From: Clostridia bacterium
GTDB lineage: Bacteria; CBDUZB01; JAGLHV01
Reading direction: 5' to 3'
Length of the DNA: 61,161 nucleotides
Assembly: GCA_030637025.1 (NCBI GenBank)
Contig: DAOVVV010000013.1
Coordinates: 1 to 61,161, forward strand
Shown: positions 1 through 8,753 of the stretch, piece by piece
Layout of the letters: each line of letters begins with the position of its first letter
Position numbering within the stretch: position 1 is the first letter of the stretch
Notes under the pieces: generated by a model
What the model was told of the DNA's origin: nothing
The model's input: the letters and a program-made list of their open reading frames with translations, nothing else
The model's database searches: none
Program-made: the position numbers and the translations under genes

Positions 1-157
1 CGCAGAATATCTACAACGATTAAAGGTTTGGTCCATTTATGGTGAAAGACCATCGGTTACTTAAAGCTATATTACTCTATTTTTGCGGGTTTTTACCCGA
101 CAGGTGAATTATGCTCTTGACAACTTATTGTAGTATGTCCCTCATGTTTTCCAAAAC

Positions 158-901
158 TTAATTCGTTTTCTGCATAATATAAAAGCCATAACCATAGTAT
201 TCACTATATTTTTTATGCATATCCATTTCGAGTTGTAATATATCAAATACCGCCCGAGCATCCTTATCTCCTCTATATTTGATTCTCTTTTCAGCGATTA
301 CCTTTTCTATCGGTGTATAGTAATCTATCCACCACGATTTATCCGGCAATTGGAAATAATCAATAGCTTTATATCCAGCCAACTCAATGATAGGATAGAT
401 GTCTTTATAATACTTCATAGCGGGATATTCTCCGGCAAAAAAATCTTTTATTTCTTTCGGTGCGTTCTCTTTAAACCAAACAAGTTCGCTCACAACCATA
501 TATCCATTAGGCCGCAACAATCTTTTCCAAGATTTAAGCGCATTTTCAAATCCCATCATATACGCAGCACCTTCAGACCACACCAAATCAAAGCTTTCAT
601 CCGCAAAATCCATCGAGGACATATCCCCAACAACACATTTAATCCTATCTGAATAATCGGCTTGGTTAATATTACGCTTAAGTATCTCAATAAACGGTGA
701 ATGATTATCCATCGCAGTAATGTTGCCTGGTGTTAACTTCGCCAATGCTATAGTTTGCTTACCCGCTCCGCATCCTACATCCAGTATTTCGGGATGCTTA
801 GGCAATTCAGTAAGCTTTTGGAAAGCATTCCTCGTTGAAACCTCATCGCCAGGCCCTTGCCTGGGCAATAACTCAAATATCTCGAAGAAAAGTTTTTCCA
901 T
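158..901 (-). CDS. Class I SAM-dependent methyltransferase
   Basis: ILDVGCGAG motif I, GDMSSMDFADESFDLVWSEGA and LLRPNG motifs; RBS GGAG upstream. Confidence 0.9.
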   Translation of the reverse strand: MEKLFFEIFELLPRQGPGDEVSTRNAFQKLTELPKHPEILDVGCGAGKQTIALAKLTPGNITAMDNHSPFIEILKRNINQADYSDRIKCVVGDMSSMDFADESFDLVWSEGAAYMMGFENALKSWKRLLRPNGYMVVSELVWFKENAPKEIKDFFAGEYPAMKYYKDIYPIIELAGYKAIDYFQLPDKSWWIDYYTPIEKVIAEKRIKYRGDKDARAVFDILQLEMDMHKKYSEYYGYGFYIMQKTN

Positions 902-1046
902 TGATAACTCCTTTATTATTTATTCTTTCATAAATTACTCTCAAAAAAGCTAATTATTATTGAGTCATAAAATAAACTGGACCCCATTAACAAAAAGGAC
1001 GGTTCCCAGCTCTTGAAGTTCGTTAACCGTCCAACCTGAAAACAAA

Positions 1047-1272
1047 CTCCCCGGGTAGGATTCCCTTCGTCGCTTTGCTCCTCAGGACAAGCTCACTTTG
1101 TCTCTCGCCTGAGACCAAATTAATCCCAGGGTAGGACTTCCTTCGTCGTTTCTCTCCTCAGGACAAGCTCACATTGTCTCTCGCCTGCGACTGAATTAAA
1201 TTCAGGGTAGGACTTCCTTCGTCGCTTTGCTCCTCAGGATAAACTCACATTATTTCTCGCCTGAGACTGAAG
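1047..1272 (-). repeat. Three tandem 76-bp tRNA-linked repeat units, each ending (on - strand) in a copy of the tRNA-Asn 3' end
   Basis: GGGTAGGA recurs at 1053, 1129, 1205 (period 76); core CCTTCGTCGCTTTGCTCCTCAGGACAAGCTCAC..TCTCGCCTG conserved; CTCCCCGGGTAGGA at 1047 matches the tRNA end at 1317. Confidence 0.9.
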
Positions 1273-1274
1273 AG

Positions 1275-1315
1275 TTATTTTTCAAGGGAGGATAAAATCC
1301 CCCCTTGAAAAATAA
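1275..1315 (-). other. 41-nt hairpin directly 3' of tRNA-Asn (copy 1)
   Basis: TTATTTTTCAAGGGAGGAT-AAA-ATCCCCCCTTGAAAAATAA, 19-bp stem with one G.U on the - strand. Confidence 0.8.
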
Positions 1316-1316
1316 A

Positions 1317-1388
1317 CTCCCCGGGTAGGACTCGAACCTACAACCTAGCGGTTAACAGCCGCTCGCTCCACCGTTGAGCTACCGAGGA
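1317..1388 (-). tRNA. tRNA-Asn(GTT), CCA not encoded
   Basis: Reverse complement TCCTCGGTAGCTCAACGGTGGAGCGAGCGGCTGTTAACCGCTAGGTTGTAGGTTCGAGTCCTACCCGGGGAG folds as a cloverleaf with anticodon GTT. Confidence 0.97.
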
Positions 1389-1412
1389 ATATATTATTTT
1401 ATTTTCATTTCT

Positions 1413-3107
1413 TTATTGATCGTCATATCTATTTGCCCAGATGTTAAGCGTTGAGACACCAAACTGTCCCCACACGGCAATAGCATTATTGTCTCCCCCT
1501 ATCACAACTTGAGGAGCTGTAGCACTTCCGTCATCCGTCTCAATAAGTTCTGCCGTCTTCCAAACTCCGGATACATATCTATTTGCCCAGATGTTCTCCC
1601 TTGTGCCATCATCTTGTCCCCACACGGCAATAGCATTATTGTCTGGCCCTATCGCAACTTGAGGATAAATAGCATAAAATCCTGTATTATCCGTCTCAAT
1701 CAGTTCTGCTCCCCGCCAACTTCCGGATACATAGCTATTTGCCCAAATGTTCTCCCTTGTGCCATCATACTGATGCCACACAGCAAGTGCATTACCGTCT
1801 TGCCCTATCGCAATTTGAGGAGAAATAGCATCTCCTGCATTATCCGTTTCAATCAATTCTGCTCCCTGCCAACTTCCGGATACATAGCTATTTGCATAGA
1901 TACTAAATCTTGTGCCATCATCTTGTCCCCACACAACAATAGCATTATTATCTTGCCCTATCGCAACCTGAGGATCTGAAGCACTTCCAGCATCCAGTTC
2001 AATCTGTTCTGCCGTCTGCCAAACTCCGGATACATATCTATTTGCCCAGATGTTATCCCTTGAGCCGTCATACTGTCCCCACACAGCAAGGGCATTGCCG
2101 TTTGGCCCTATGGCAACTTGAGGATTACCAGCACCCCCGGTATCATCCGTCTCAATCAGTTCTGCCGTCCCCCAACCTGAACCGGATACATATCTATTTG
2201 CCCAGATGTTATACCTTGAGCCATCATACTGTCTCCACACAGCAAGGGCATTGCCGTCTGGCCCTATCGCAATTTGAGGAGCATACGTAGTTTCGTCATT
2301 CGTCTCAATCAGTTCTGCCGTCTGCCAACCCGAACCGGACACATATCTATTTGCCCAAATGTTACGTCTTGTACCCTCTTGCTGATGCCACACAGCAATC
2401 GCACTTCCGTCTGGCCCTATCGCAATTTGAGGATAAGCAGCAGCTCCTGTATTATCCGTTTCAATCAGTTCTACCGTCTGCCAACCTGAACCGGATACAT
2501 ATCTATTTGCATAAATGTTATTATTTGTGCCATCATTCTGACTCCATACGGCAACAGCATTACCGTCTTGCCCTATCGCAATTTGAGGATAAACAGCATG
2601 TCCTGTATTATCTTCCTCAATCAGTTCTGCTGTCTTCCAACTTCTGATAATTACAGTTTCAAAAGACCATACTTCTCCTATTACTGATGCACCGTAGTTG
2701 TCTTTTGCCACAATTTTCCAGTAATAAACCGTATTATTATTTAGAGTTCCGGGGTCATAGGTTGTTCCTGTTTGATCAGCAGAAACAAGGGAAGGTGATA
2801 TTGAATCACCAAAATACACATCATACACCACACTATCTCCGACATCCGGATCCCCTCCATTCCAACTTATATCCTGAGTAACAGGACATCCTTTTGCCCC
2901 ATCCGTTGGTGCAGGATTTGACGGAACATTAGGACTATGGTTTTCGACTCCCTGTTCCTCTTCTTTTTTATCTTCTACTTTTTTATCCAAATCCTCTACC
3001 CTTTGTTTAATTATCGATGGGAGCCCTATTCCAAATTCTGCATGACAAACAGAGAAAGGTATTCCTATCAACATTAATGTAATTAAAATTGTAGTGATTC
3101 TTTTCAT
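1413..3107 (-). CDS. Secreted protein: Fn3/Ig-like domain plus eight ~51-aa repeats (predicted beta-propeller)
   Basis: Signal peptide ending VCHA; DPDVGDSVVYDVYFG..YYWKIVAKD..WSF Fn3-like segment; 8 repeats of PQIAIGxDGNAxAVWxQxDGTRxNIWANRYVSGxWQTAELIETD. Confidence 0.85.
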   Translation of the reverse strand: MKRITTILITLMLIGIPFSVCHAEFGIGLPSIIKQRVEDLDKKVEDKKEEEQGVENHSPNVPSNPAPTDGAKGCPVTQDISWNGGDPDVGDSVVYDVYFGDSISPSLVSADQTGTTYDPGTLNNNTVYYWKIVAKDNYGASVIGEVWSFETVIIRSWKTAELIEEDNTGHAVYPQIAIGQDGNAVAVWSQNDGTNNNIYANRYVSGSGWQTVELIETDNTGAAAYPQIAIGPDGSAIAVWHQQEGTRRNIWANRYVSGSGWQTAELIETNDETTYAPQIAIGPDGNALAVWRQYDGSRYNIWANRYVSGSGWGTAELIETDDTGGAGNPQVAIGPNGNALAVWGQYDGSRDNIWANRYVSGVWQTAEQIELDAGSASDPQVAIGQDNNAIVVWGQDDGTRFSIYANSYVSGSWQGAELIETDNAGDAISPQIAIGQDGNALAVWHQYDGTRENIWANSYVSGSWRGAELIETDNTGFYAIYPQVAIGPDNNAIAVWGQDDGTRENIWANRYVSGVWKTAELIETDDGSATAPQVVIGGDNNAIAVWGQFGVSTLNIWANRYDDQ

Positions 3108-3580
3108 TCTCCTTTACCTCCTCCGAAATAGTAGCTTAAACTTATATTAACTATATAATCAATCCCCTCTTCGTATAAGGAAGTTTCTTCGTCTTCTATA
3201 TTAACATAAACCGGACCGAAATCCAACCCTATCCCAAACTTAGCATTAATAAAATACTCACCACCTACAAAAATTCCCCCCACAAAACCCGAACCGTCAC
3301 TGGATTCCCCTTCAAAGGTTAAATAATCTACTTCTCCTCCGATATACAGGACCACCTTGTCTTGCGGATTGAAGTTATAATAATACCTCGGCCCTATTAC
3401 AAAGATGTCTTCCCCAAACTGACTTTTTATCTCTACCGCATGATTTTTACTTATTCCATATTTTACACTTACCCCAGGATAGTTTACCCCTACTCCCCAC
3501 CGTTTAGCCAATGAATCAGCTAAAACTGTTGTGCTTAAAACTAATAGCATCATTACTGATGTTACAATAGTTTTTTTCAT
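3104..3580 (-). CDS. Small outer-membrane beta-barrel protein
   Basis: Start chosen at MKKTIVTS (RBS GGAG upstream); signal peptide ending VLA; alternating aromatic/Gly strands; YYF near C-terminus; 4-bp overlap with downstream gene. Confidence 0.8.
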   Translation of the reverse strand: MKKTIVTSVMMLLVLSTTVLADSLAKRWGVGVNYPGVSVKYGISKNHAVEIKSQFGEDIFVIGPRYYYNFNPQDKVVLYIGGEVDYLTFEGESSDGSGFVGGIFVGGEYFINAKFGIGLDFGPVYVNIEDEETSLYEEGIDYIVNISLSYYFGGGKGE

Positions 3581-3600
3581 CCTCTTCTCCTCTATATTTA

Positions 3601-3616
3601 AGACTTCTGCAAAATA
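3601..3616. repeat. Solitary end of MITE-like family A
   Basis: AGACTTCTGCAAAATA is the exact reverse complement of the element end at 18963-18978. Confidence 0.6.
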
Positions 3617-3671
3617 AATACATTCGTCGTTTCGCATTCGCAAACTGGGAACGAATAAGGAACATTTTTTA

Positions 3672-3700
3672 ATTATATTTCTATTTTATTTTATTGTCAA
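3672..3700 (-). promoter_or_regulatory. Consensus sigma70 promoter for the barrel/propeller genes
   Basis: TTGACA-N17-TATAAT on the - strand. Confidence 0.75.
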
Positions 3701-3849
3701 GGCAAAAAGACAGAAAAAAATTAAATTGTTAATATTTCGTAAAAGCTTTATCATATTAAAAAATATGTAATAGATTTTTACAGAAAGGGATATCTCTTAA
3801 CGGGATTTTAAAAATTTTTAATTATGGTAAAAAGAAAGAAAAAGAAAAA

Positions 3850-3921
3850 CTCCCCGGGTAGGATTCCCTTCGTCGCTTTGCTCCTCAGGACAAGCTCACC
3901 TGTCTCTCGCCTGCGACCAAG
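3850..3921 (-). repeat. Single tRNA-linked repeat unit ending in a tRNA-Asn 3'-end copy
   Basis: Near-identical to the unit at 1047-1118. Confidence 0.9.
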
Positions 3922-3926
3922 TAGTC

Positions 3927-3967
3927 TTCTTTTTCTTGAGGGGATAAAATCCCCTCAAGAAAAAGAA
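3927..3967 (-). other. 41-nt hairpin directly 3' of tRNA-Asn (copy 2)
   Basis: TTCTTTTTCTTGAGGGGAT-AAA-ATCCCCTCAAGAAAAAGAA, perfect 19-bp stem. Confidence 0.8.
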
Positions 3968-3970
3968 AAA

Positions 3971-4042
3971 CTCCCCGGGTAGGACTCGAACCTACAACCT
4001 AGCGGTTAACAGCCGCTCGCTCCACCGTTGAGCTACCGAGGA
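3971..4042 (-). tRNA. tRNA-Asn(GTT), identical second copy, CCA not encoded
   Basis: Identical to 1317-1388. Confidence 0.97.
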
Positions 4043-4102
4043 ATATAATATATTATTTTCATTAACTAGTTTAATGTTACATATGTTATTTATATACTTA
4101 CA

Positions 4103-4133
4103 AACCCGCCTAAATGGTTAGTTTAGGCGGGTT
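4103..4133 (-). terminator. Hairpin downstream of the por operon (terminator-like)
   Basis: AACCCGCCTAAA-N7-TTTAGGCGGGTT. Confidence 0.5.
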
Positions 4134-4151
4134 GGGCTAATACCTTTATTC

Positions 4152-4346
4152 TTAATTTTTAAAGAATTTACTGGCAACGAGGATGCCTACACCACAACCC
4201 ATAGCAGTGATACTGATTAATGTTACTCCTGCCCAACCCCAGGGGGTTATTTTATCCACATTTTCAAAAGCTTTAACCAGGGCAATAATGGGAATTACCG
4301 CTCCGATACAGATACCCGCCAGTATTCCTAATATTTTGGTTAACAT
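4152..4346 (-). CDS. Small two-helix membrane protein
   Basis: 64 aa, two hydrophobic segments, starts 4 bp after the porB stop with GGAG upstream. Confidence 0.6.
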   Translation of the reverse strand: MLTKILGILAGICIGAVIPIIALVKAFENVDKITPWGWAGVTLISITAMGCGVGILVASKFFKN

Positions 4347-4350
4347 ATTT

Positions 4351-5274
4351 TTACTCCGCGTTACAAAGTTTTAACATCTTCTCCCATCGCTGATCAACTT
4401 CAGTTTGCAATTCTTCTAATAGTTTTTCTCTACCAGGTTTAAAAAGATGTTTAAAACGGGTTTGTTTTTTTAACCATTCAGTAAAAGGTTTCTTTTCTTT
4501 AGGTTTATAGTTTAATTTATATTTTCCGTTTTCTACTTCATACAAAGGCCAAAAACAAGTATCCGCGGCCAATTTGCCTATAGCTGTTGTCTCTTCCGGA
4601 GGATAGCCCCATCCCAATCGGCAGGGTTGAAGTATATTTATAAATGTCGGACCATCAATAGCCAGGGCTTTTTCTACTTTAGTGGTTAAATCCTTCCAAT
4701 CACCGACTATTGTTTGTGCTACATAAGGAATATTATGGGCAATCAGACAGGCAGTAAGATCCTTAGCAAATTGAACTTTTCCCGGAATTACCGACCCTGC
4801 CGGAGAAGTAGTGGTATGTGCTCCTCTGGATGTAGCAGAAGAACGCTGTATTCCGGTATTCATATAGGCCTCATTATTATAACAAACATAAAGCATCCGG
4901 TGCCCTCTTTCCATTGCTCCGGAAAGAGATTGAAAGCCTATGTCATAAGTTCCTCCGTCACCACCAAAAGCAATAAATCTTATATCTTCTTTTACTTTCC
5001 CTTGTTTTTTCAAAGAACGATAAGCTGTTTCTATCCCGCTGGCTGTAGCAGCTGAATTTTCAAATGCACTATGAAAAAAAGGAACTTTCCAGGCAGTATA
5101 AGGAAAAATAGTAGAAGCCACTTCCAGGCATCCGGTAGAACTGGTCACTATTACCGGTTCTTTGGCTGCCATCAATACCTGCCGGGCAACAATCCCCGCT
5201 CCACATCCGGCACAAAGCCGGTGCCCACCGGTAAAAAGTTCTTCTTTTTTTGCCAACTCTTTCAAATTAGCCAT
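4351..5274 (-). CDS. porB: Pyruvate:ferredoxin oxidoreductase beta subunit (TPP-binding)
   Basis: GHRLCAGCG, GGDGGTYDIG, YNNEAYMNTGIQRS motifs. Confidence 0.95.
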   Translation of the reverse strand: MANLKELAKKEELFTGGHRLCAGCGAGIVARQVLMAAKEPVIVTSSTGCLEVASTIFPYTAWKVPFFHSAFENSAATASGIETAYRSLKKQGKVKEDIRFIAFGGDGGTYDIGFQSLSGAMERGHRMLYVCYNNEAYMNTGIQRSSATSRGAHTTTSPAGSVIPGKVQFAKDLTACLIAHNIPYVAQTIVGDWKDLTTKVEKALAIDGPTFINILQPCRLGWGYPPEETTAIGKLAADTCFWPLYEVENGKYKLNYKPKEKKPFTEWLKKQTRFKHLFKPGREKLLEELQTEVDQRWEKMLKLCNAE

Positions 5275-5311
5275 AACTTTATAACCCCCAAGATTTTTTT
5301 ATTAATTAAAC

Positions 5312-6496
5312 TTACTCTCTCACTCCTAAATAATTCACTACCTGGGGAATTGTCCCCGTTTGAGCTATATCCTGCATCTGGGTATAAACACCTTCTATCA
5401 TTTCTAAATTTATTTCTCTACCACCCAACCCAAAAATATGATTGATTGTTTGCGGCCTGGTTTTTAAATCATACATCGCTGAACGCACCTCATCAAAAAG
5501 CGGTCCGCCAAAAGAGTCTATAGAATCAGCCCTGTCCAATACTGCTAAAACTTTAAGGTGTTCTAATTCCTGTGCTAATTCCTGGTAAGGAAAAGGCCTG
5601 AAAACCCTTAGTTTAAGTAATCCGGCTTTTATTCCTTTTTCTCTTAATCGATCAACTACAACTTTGGCTGTACCGGCGGTAGAACCCATTACCAGAATAG
5701 CAATTTCTGCATCATCTAAATGATACTTTTCGTAAAATCCATATTCTCTGCCGAATTTACTGGCAAATTCTTTCCCTATTTCTAAAATAATTTCACCGGT
5801 ATTACGCATTGCCTGGGCTAACTGCATTCTATGTTCAAAATAATAATCCTGTAAATCCAAACAACCCAGAGTAAAAGGACGTTTAATATCTAAAAGATAA
5901 CGCTCCGGTTTATATTCTCCAATAAAATCTTTTACTTCCTGATCTGAAATCATATTCATTCTTTCCATACAGTGACTGATAATAAAACCATCGGTGGTAA
6001 CCATCCCGGGAATTTTTACTTCCGGATGTTCACATATTCTCACTGCCTGAAGGACATTATCGTATGCTTCCTGGGAATTTTCCGAATAAATCTGTATCCA
6101 CCCGGTATCCCTTGCTCCCATAGTATCACTATGGTCGCAATGTATATTTATCGGTGAAGAAAGAGCTCTGTTTACTTCCGGCATTACTATGGGTAAACGC
6201 AATCCGGAAGCAATATAAAGCATTTCGTACATTAAAGCCAATCCCTGAGAAGAAGTAACGGTCATTGATCTGGCTCCGGCTGTTGAAGCCGCTATAGTAG
6301 CACTCATGGCACTATGTTCTGATTCTACAGTTACAAATTCTGTTTTCACCTTGCCATCGGCTACAAACTGGGAAAAAAGCTGAACGACTTCTGTGGCCGG
6401 AGTAATGGGATAAGCAGCTACAACATCAGGATTTATTTGCCGCATTGCCTCAGCCATTGCTTCATTTCCGGTCTTAGCAACTATATTTTTAGACAT
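5312..6496 (-). CDS. porA: Pyruvate:ferredoxin oxidoreductase alpha subunit
   Basis: AAYPITP, VESEHSAMS, TSSQGL motifs. Confidence 0.95.
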   Translation of the reverse strand: MSKNIVAKTGNEAMAEAMRQINPDVVAAYPITPATEVVQLFSQFVADGKVKTEFVTVESEHSAMSATIAASTAGARSMTVTSSQGLALMYEMLYIASGLRLPIVMPEVNRALSSPINIHCDHSDTMGARDTGWIQIYSENSQEAYDNVLQAVRICEHPEVKIPGMVTTDGFIISHCMERMNMISDQEVKDFIGEYKPERYLLDIKRPFTLGCLDLQDYYFEHRMQLAQAMRNTGEIILEIGKEFASKFGREYGFYEKYHLDDAEIAILVMGSTAGTAKVVVDRLREKGIKAGLLKLRVFRPFPYQELAQELEHLKVLAVLDRADSIDSFGGPLFDEVRSAMYDLKTRPQTINHIFGLGGREINLEMIEGVYTQMQDIAQTGTIPQVVNYLGVRE

Positions 6497-6536
6497 TTTT
6501 TATCTCCTCATCTTTTTCTTTCTTAAAACTCTTCAG

Positions 6537-6836
6537 TTATTCTTTTTCCTCATTTTCTTCAATCATAGTTATTGCTTTTATTTTAGAAGGGCAAACCTGA
6601 GCACAAATACCACAACCTTTGCAATATTTCAAGTCTATCCCTTTGACTTTTCCGTTTTCCACTTTTATAGCGGAATCCGGACAATAAGCCCAGCAAATAA
6701 GGCAATTAATACATTTCTTTTCATCATGGATAGGCCGTTGACTACGCCAGCTTCCCGTCTCAAAATCTAATGCTGTTCCTGCTTCTAATAAATCTCCGGC
6801 TGGTAATTCCTTATACCCTAATTTCTTTTTCGTCAC
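6537..6836 (-). CDS. porD: Pyruvate:ferredoxin oxidoreductase delta subunit (2x[4Fe-4S])
   Basis: TGSWRSQRP, CINCLICWAYCPD and CKGCGICAQVCP; GTG at 6836 lies 8 nt after GGAGGTGA (ORF track starts at 6848). Confidence 0.92.
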   Translation of the reverse strand: MTKKKLGYKELPAGDLLEAGTALDFETGSWRSQRPIHDEKKCINCLICWAYCPDSAIKVENGKVKGIDLKYCKGCGICAQVCPSKIKAITMIEENEEKE

Positions 6837-6900
6837 CCTTTGATTCACCTCCTGTATTTCTTACGCTGTCTTATTTTTTCTACAAAATAAAGAACAAAAA

Positions 6901-7479
6901 TTATTCTCCCTTAACTTCTTCATATGCTCTTTTAATAGACAGAATATTACCTTCAATAACTTCCGGCTTATGCACAAACTTCTTTTCCAGCTTTTTGTGT
7001 GTATCTTTCAAGACTCCTTCCAGCTCCAGAAACCCTGTTGCTTTTACCAAAGCCCCCATCATTGGAGTATTTGGTTTATTTAAACCAAAACACTCTTTAG
7101 CAATATTGCCGGCATCTACGGTATATACTTTGCCTTTTTTTAACCCTAATGTTTTCCGCATTTGCTGAGGAGGAAGGTTACTATTTACAATTATAATTCC
7201 GTTTTCCCCCAAACCGGCAGTGACTTCTACCTGACCAATCAACGTTGCATCCAATATTACCACCACTTCCGGAGCAGTTACTCCGCAATGTAGCGTTATT
7301 GGATTATTACTCAACCGGTTAAACGCTTGCACCGGAGCCCCCATTCTTTCCGGTCCGTATTCCGGAAAAGCCTGAACATATTTTCCTGTAGATAATGCGG
7401 CCTCTGCAAAAAGCAAAGATACTGTCTTTGCCCCCTGTCCTCCCCGGCCGTGCCATCGAATTTCTATTAAATCTTTCAT
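6901..7479 (-). CDS. porC: Pyruvate:ferredoxin oxidoreductase gamma subunit
   Basis: EIRWHGRGGQGAKT, FPEYGPERMGAP. Confidence 0.95.
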   Translation of the reverse strand: MKDLIEIRWHGRGGQGAKTVSLLFAEAALSTGKYVQAFPEYGPERMGAPVQAFNRLSNNPITLHCGVTAPEVVVILDATLIGQVEVTAGLGENGIIIVNSNLPPQQMRKTLGLKKGKVYTVDAGNIAKECFGLNKPNTPMMGALVKATGFLELEGVLKDTHKKLEKKFVHKPEVIEGNILSIKRAYEEVKGE

Positions 7480-7534
7480 TCTTTTTTCTCCTCAACATAT
7501 AGAACTATCTACTTTTAATTAAAAACAATATTTT

Positions 7535-7750
7535 CCCTCCCCGCAGCAAGGCTCCGGGGTATCAATCAAACTCACTCCTGCGAAAGCAGAAGTACCTATT
7601 CCTGTAGATTCCCGCTTTCGCGGGAATGAGACGCAGCAAGCTGCGGAAAATTCGACCCAAGACCCTTCGACTCCCTTTAAGAGAATTTATGCTGAACCCT
7701 TCGACTACGCTCAGGGTAAACTCAGCTGAAAAGCTCAGAGCCAATTCGAA
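7535..7750. repeat. Composite of nested palindromic repeats
   Basis: CCCCGCAGCAAG..CGGGG, CCTGCGAAAGCAG..ATTCCCGCTTTCGCGGGAAT, GCAGCAAGCTGC and CCCTTCGACTACGCTCAGGGTAAACT within 215 bp. Confidence 0.75.
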
Positions 7751-7834
7751 TATTTACTCTTTCTCTACAGTTAATAAAAAAGATCTTTTTTTGTTTTTTC
7801 TTATTTATTATTTTATAGACAATTTAATATAATT

Positions 7835-8647
7835 TTACTCTGAGATAATAGTTGTTTCTTTGTTAGCACCACTCAAAGCCAAATAAAAACTTATCCAGGA
7901 ACCGGTTATACAAACCATCATATAACTACCTATTGCCCCATTTAATACAGAACCTATTATTCTCTGTAAGGAAACATTCCCTATATTTCCTAGAAGTAAA
8001 GCAATTAAGCCGATAACCAAAGAAATCCCTAAATAAATAAGTAACCATAAAACCAACAACCCCATCACTTTACCAAAAAACTTCTTTACAAAAGAAATAC
8101 TGATTTTTACCGCTTTCATAATACCTGTTTCTTCTACTACCAGGATAAAATAAGCAGGAAAAAGGAAGAGCATAATAGCTACAATACCTACTACACCCAA
8201 AAGCAAAAGGATAGTAGAAACAATTCCTCCGATATCTACTCCCACTATCAAAGTAACCAGTGCACTAGAACCTCCCGCTACTAATAAGACCGCTAAAACA
8301 ACTCCCATCATTAAAAAGCCCAGTCCCAACAACCGGGTGAAAAACTTTTTAGCATAACTTACAAAAAATTTACTTAGTTTAACCCGCTCGTTCCATTTAA
8401 CAAAATCTCTGATTACTCCTAATACTCCCCCCTGAATAAAAATACCTACTCCCATCGCCAAAAGAATAAAAATACCTACCGGTAAAAAATTTATTTCATC
8501 TAACGGCCTGGGGGTAGACGTTGGCCCTAACCCAAATAAAAAACCTATCCCGCTCATCAACAAATTAACAACAAACAATAACCCAATCACTTTGATGTTT
8601 TGCTTCCCAATGGTAAACCCTTTTTTAATCGCTTCTACTGTTTTCAT
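7835..8647 (-). CDS. Multi-pass membrane protein of unknown function
   Basis: About 6 hydrophobic helices; start at MKTVEAIKKG after AAGGAG; similar layout to 58097-58948. Confidence 0.75.
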   Translation of the reverse strand: MKTVEAIKKGFTIGKQNIKVIGLLFVVNLLMSGIGFLFGLGPTSTPRPLDEINFLPVGIFILLAMGVGIFIQGGVLGVIRDFVKWNERVKLSKFFVSYAKKFFTRLLGLGFLMMGVVLAVLLVAGGSSALVTLIVGVDIGGIVSTILLLLGVVGIVAIMLFLFPAYFILVVEETGIMKAVKISISFVKKFFGKVMGLLVLWLLIYLGISLVIGLIALLLGNIGNVSLQRIIGSVLNGAIGSYMMVCITGSWISFYLALSGANKETTIISE

Positions 8648-8753
8648 TTTTTTCTCCTTTCTTATTAATTTAATTACCTTTTTTATTTTTTTTAAAAACA
8701 ATCCCCCTTTCTTTGACAAAATTGTTTTTTAAAGAATTTGTCTTAAAGAAAAT

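Noticed and set aside
1-130. Small hairpins at the window start (ATGGT..ACCAT, CGGGT..ACCCG)
   Set aside because: Too short and truncated to assign to an RNA family or recombination site.
1047-1272. CRISPR array
   Set aside because: Units are similar along their whole 76 bp with no unique spacers, and no cas genes are present.
1413-2650. Diversity-generating retroelement target in the propeller repeats
   Set aside because: No reverse transcriptase or separate template repeat is seen, and the differences among repeats look like ordinary intragenic divergence.
7562-7832. ORFs 7562-7744 and 7626-7832
   Set aside because: They are translations of palindromic repeats.
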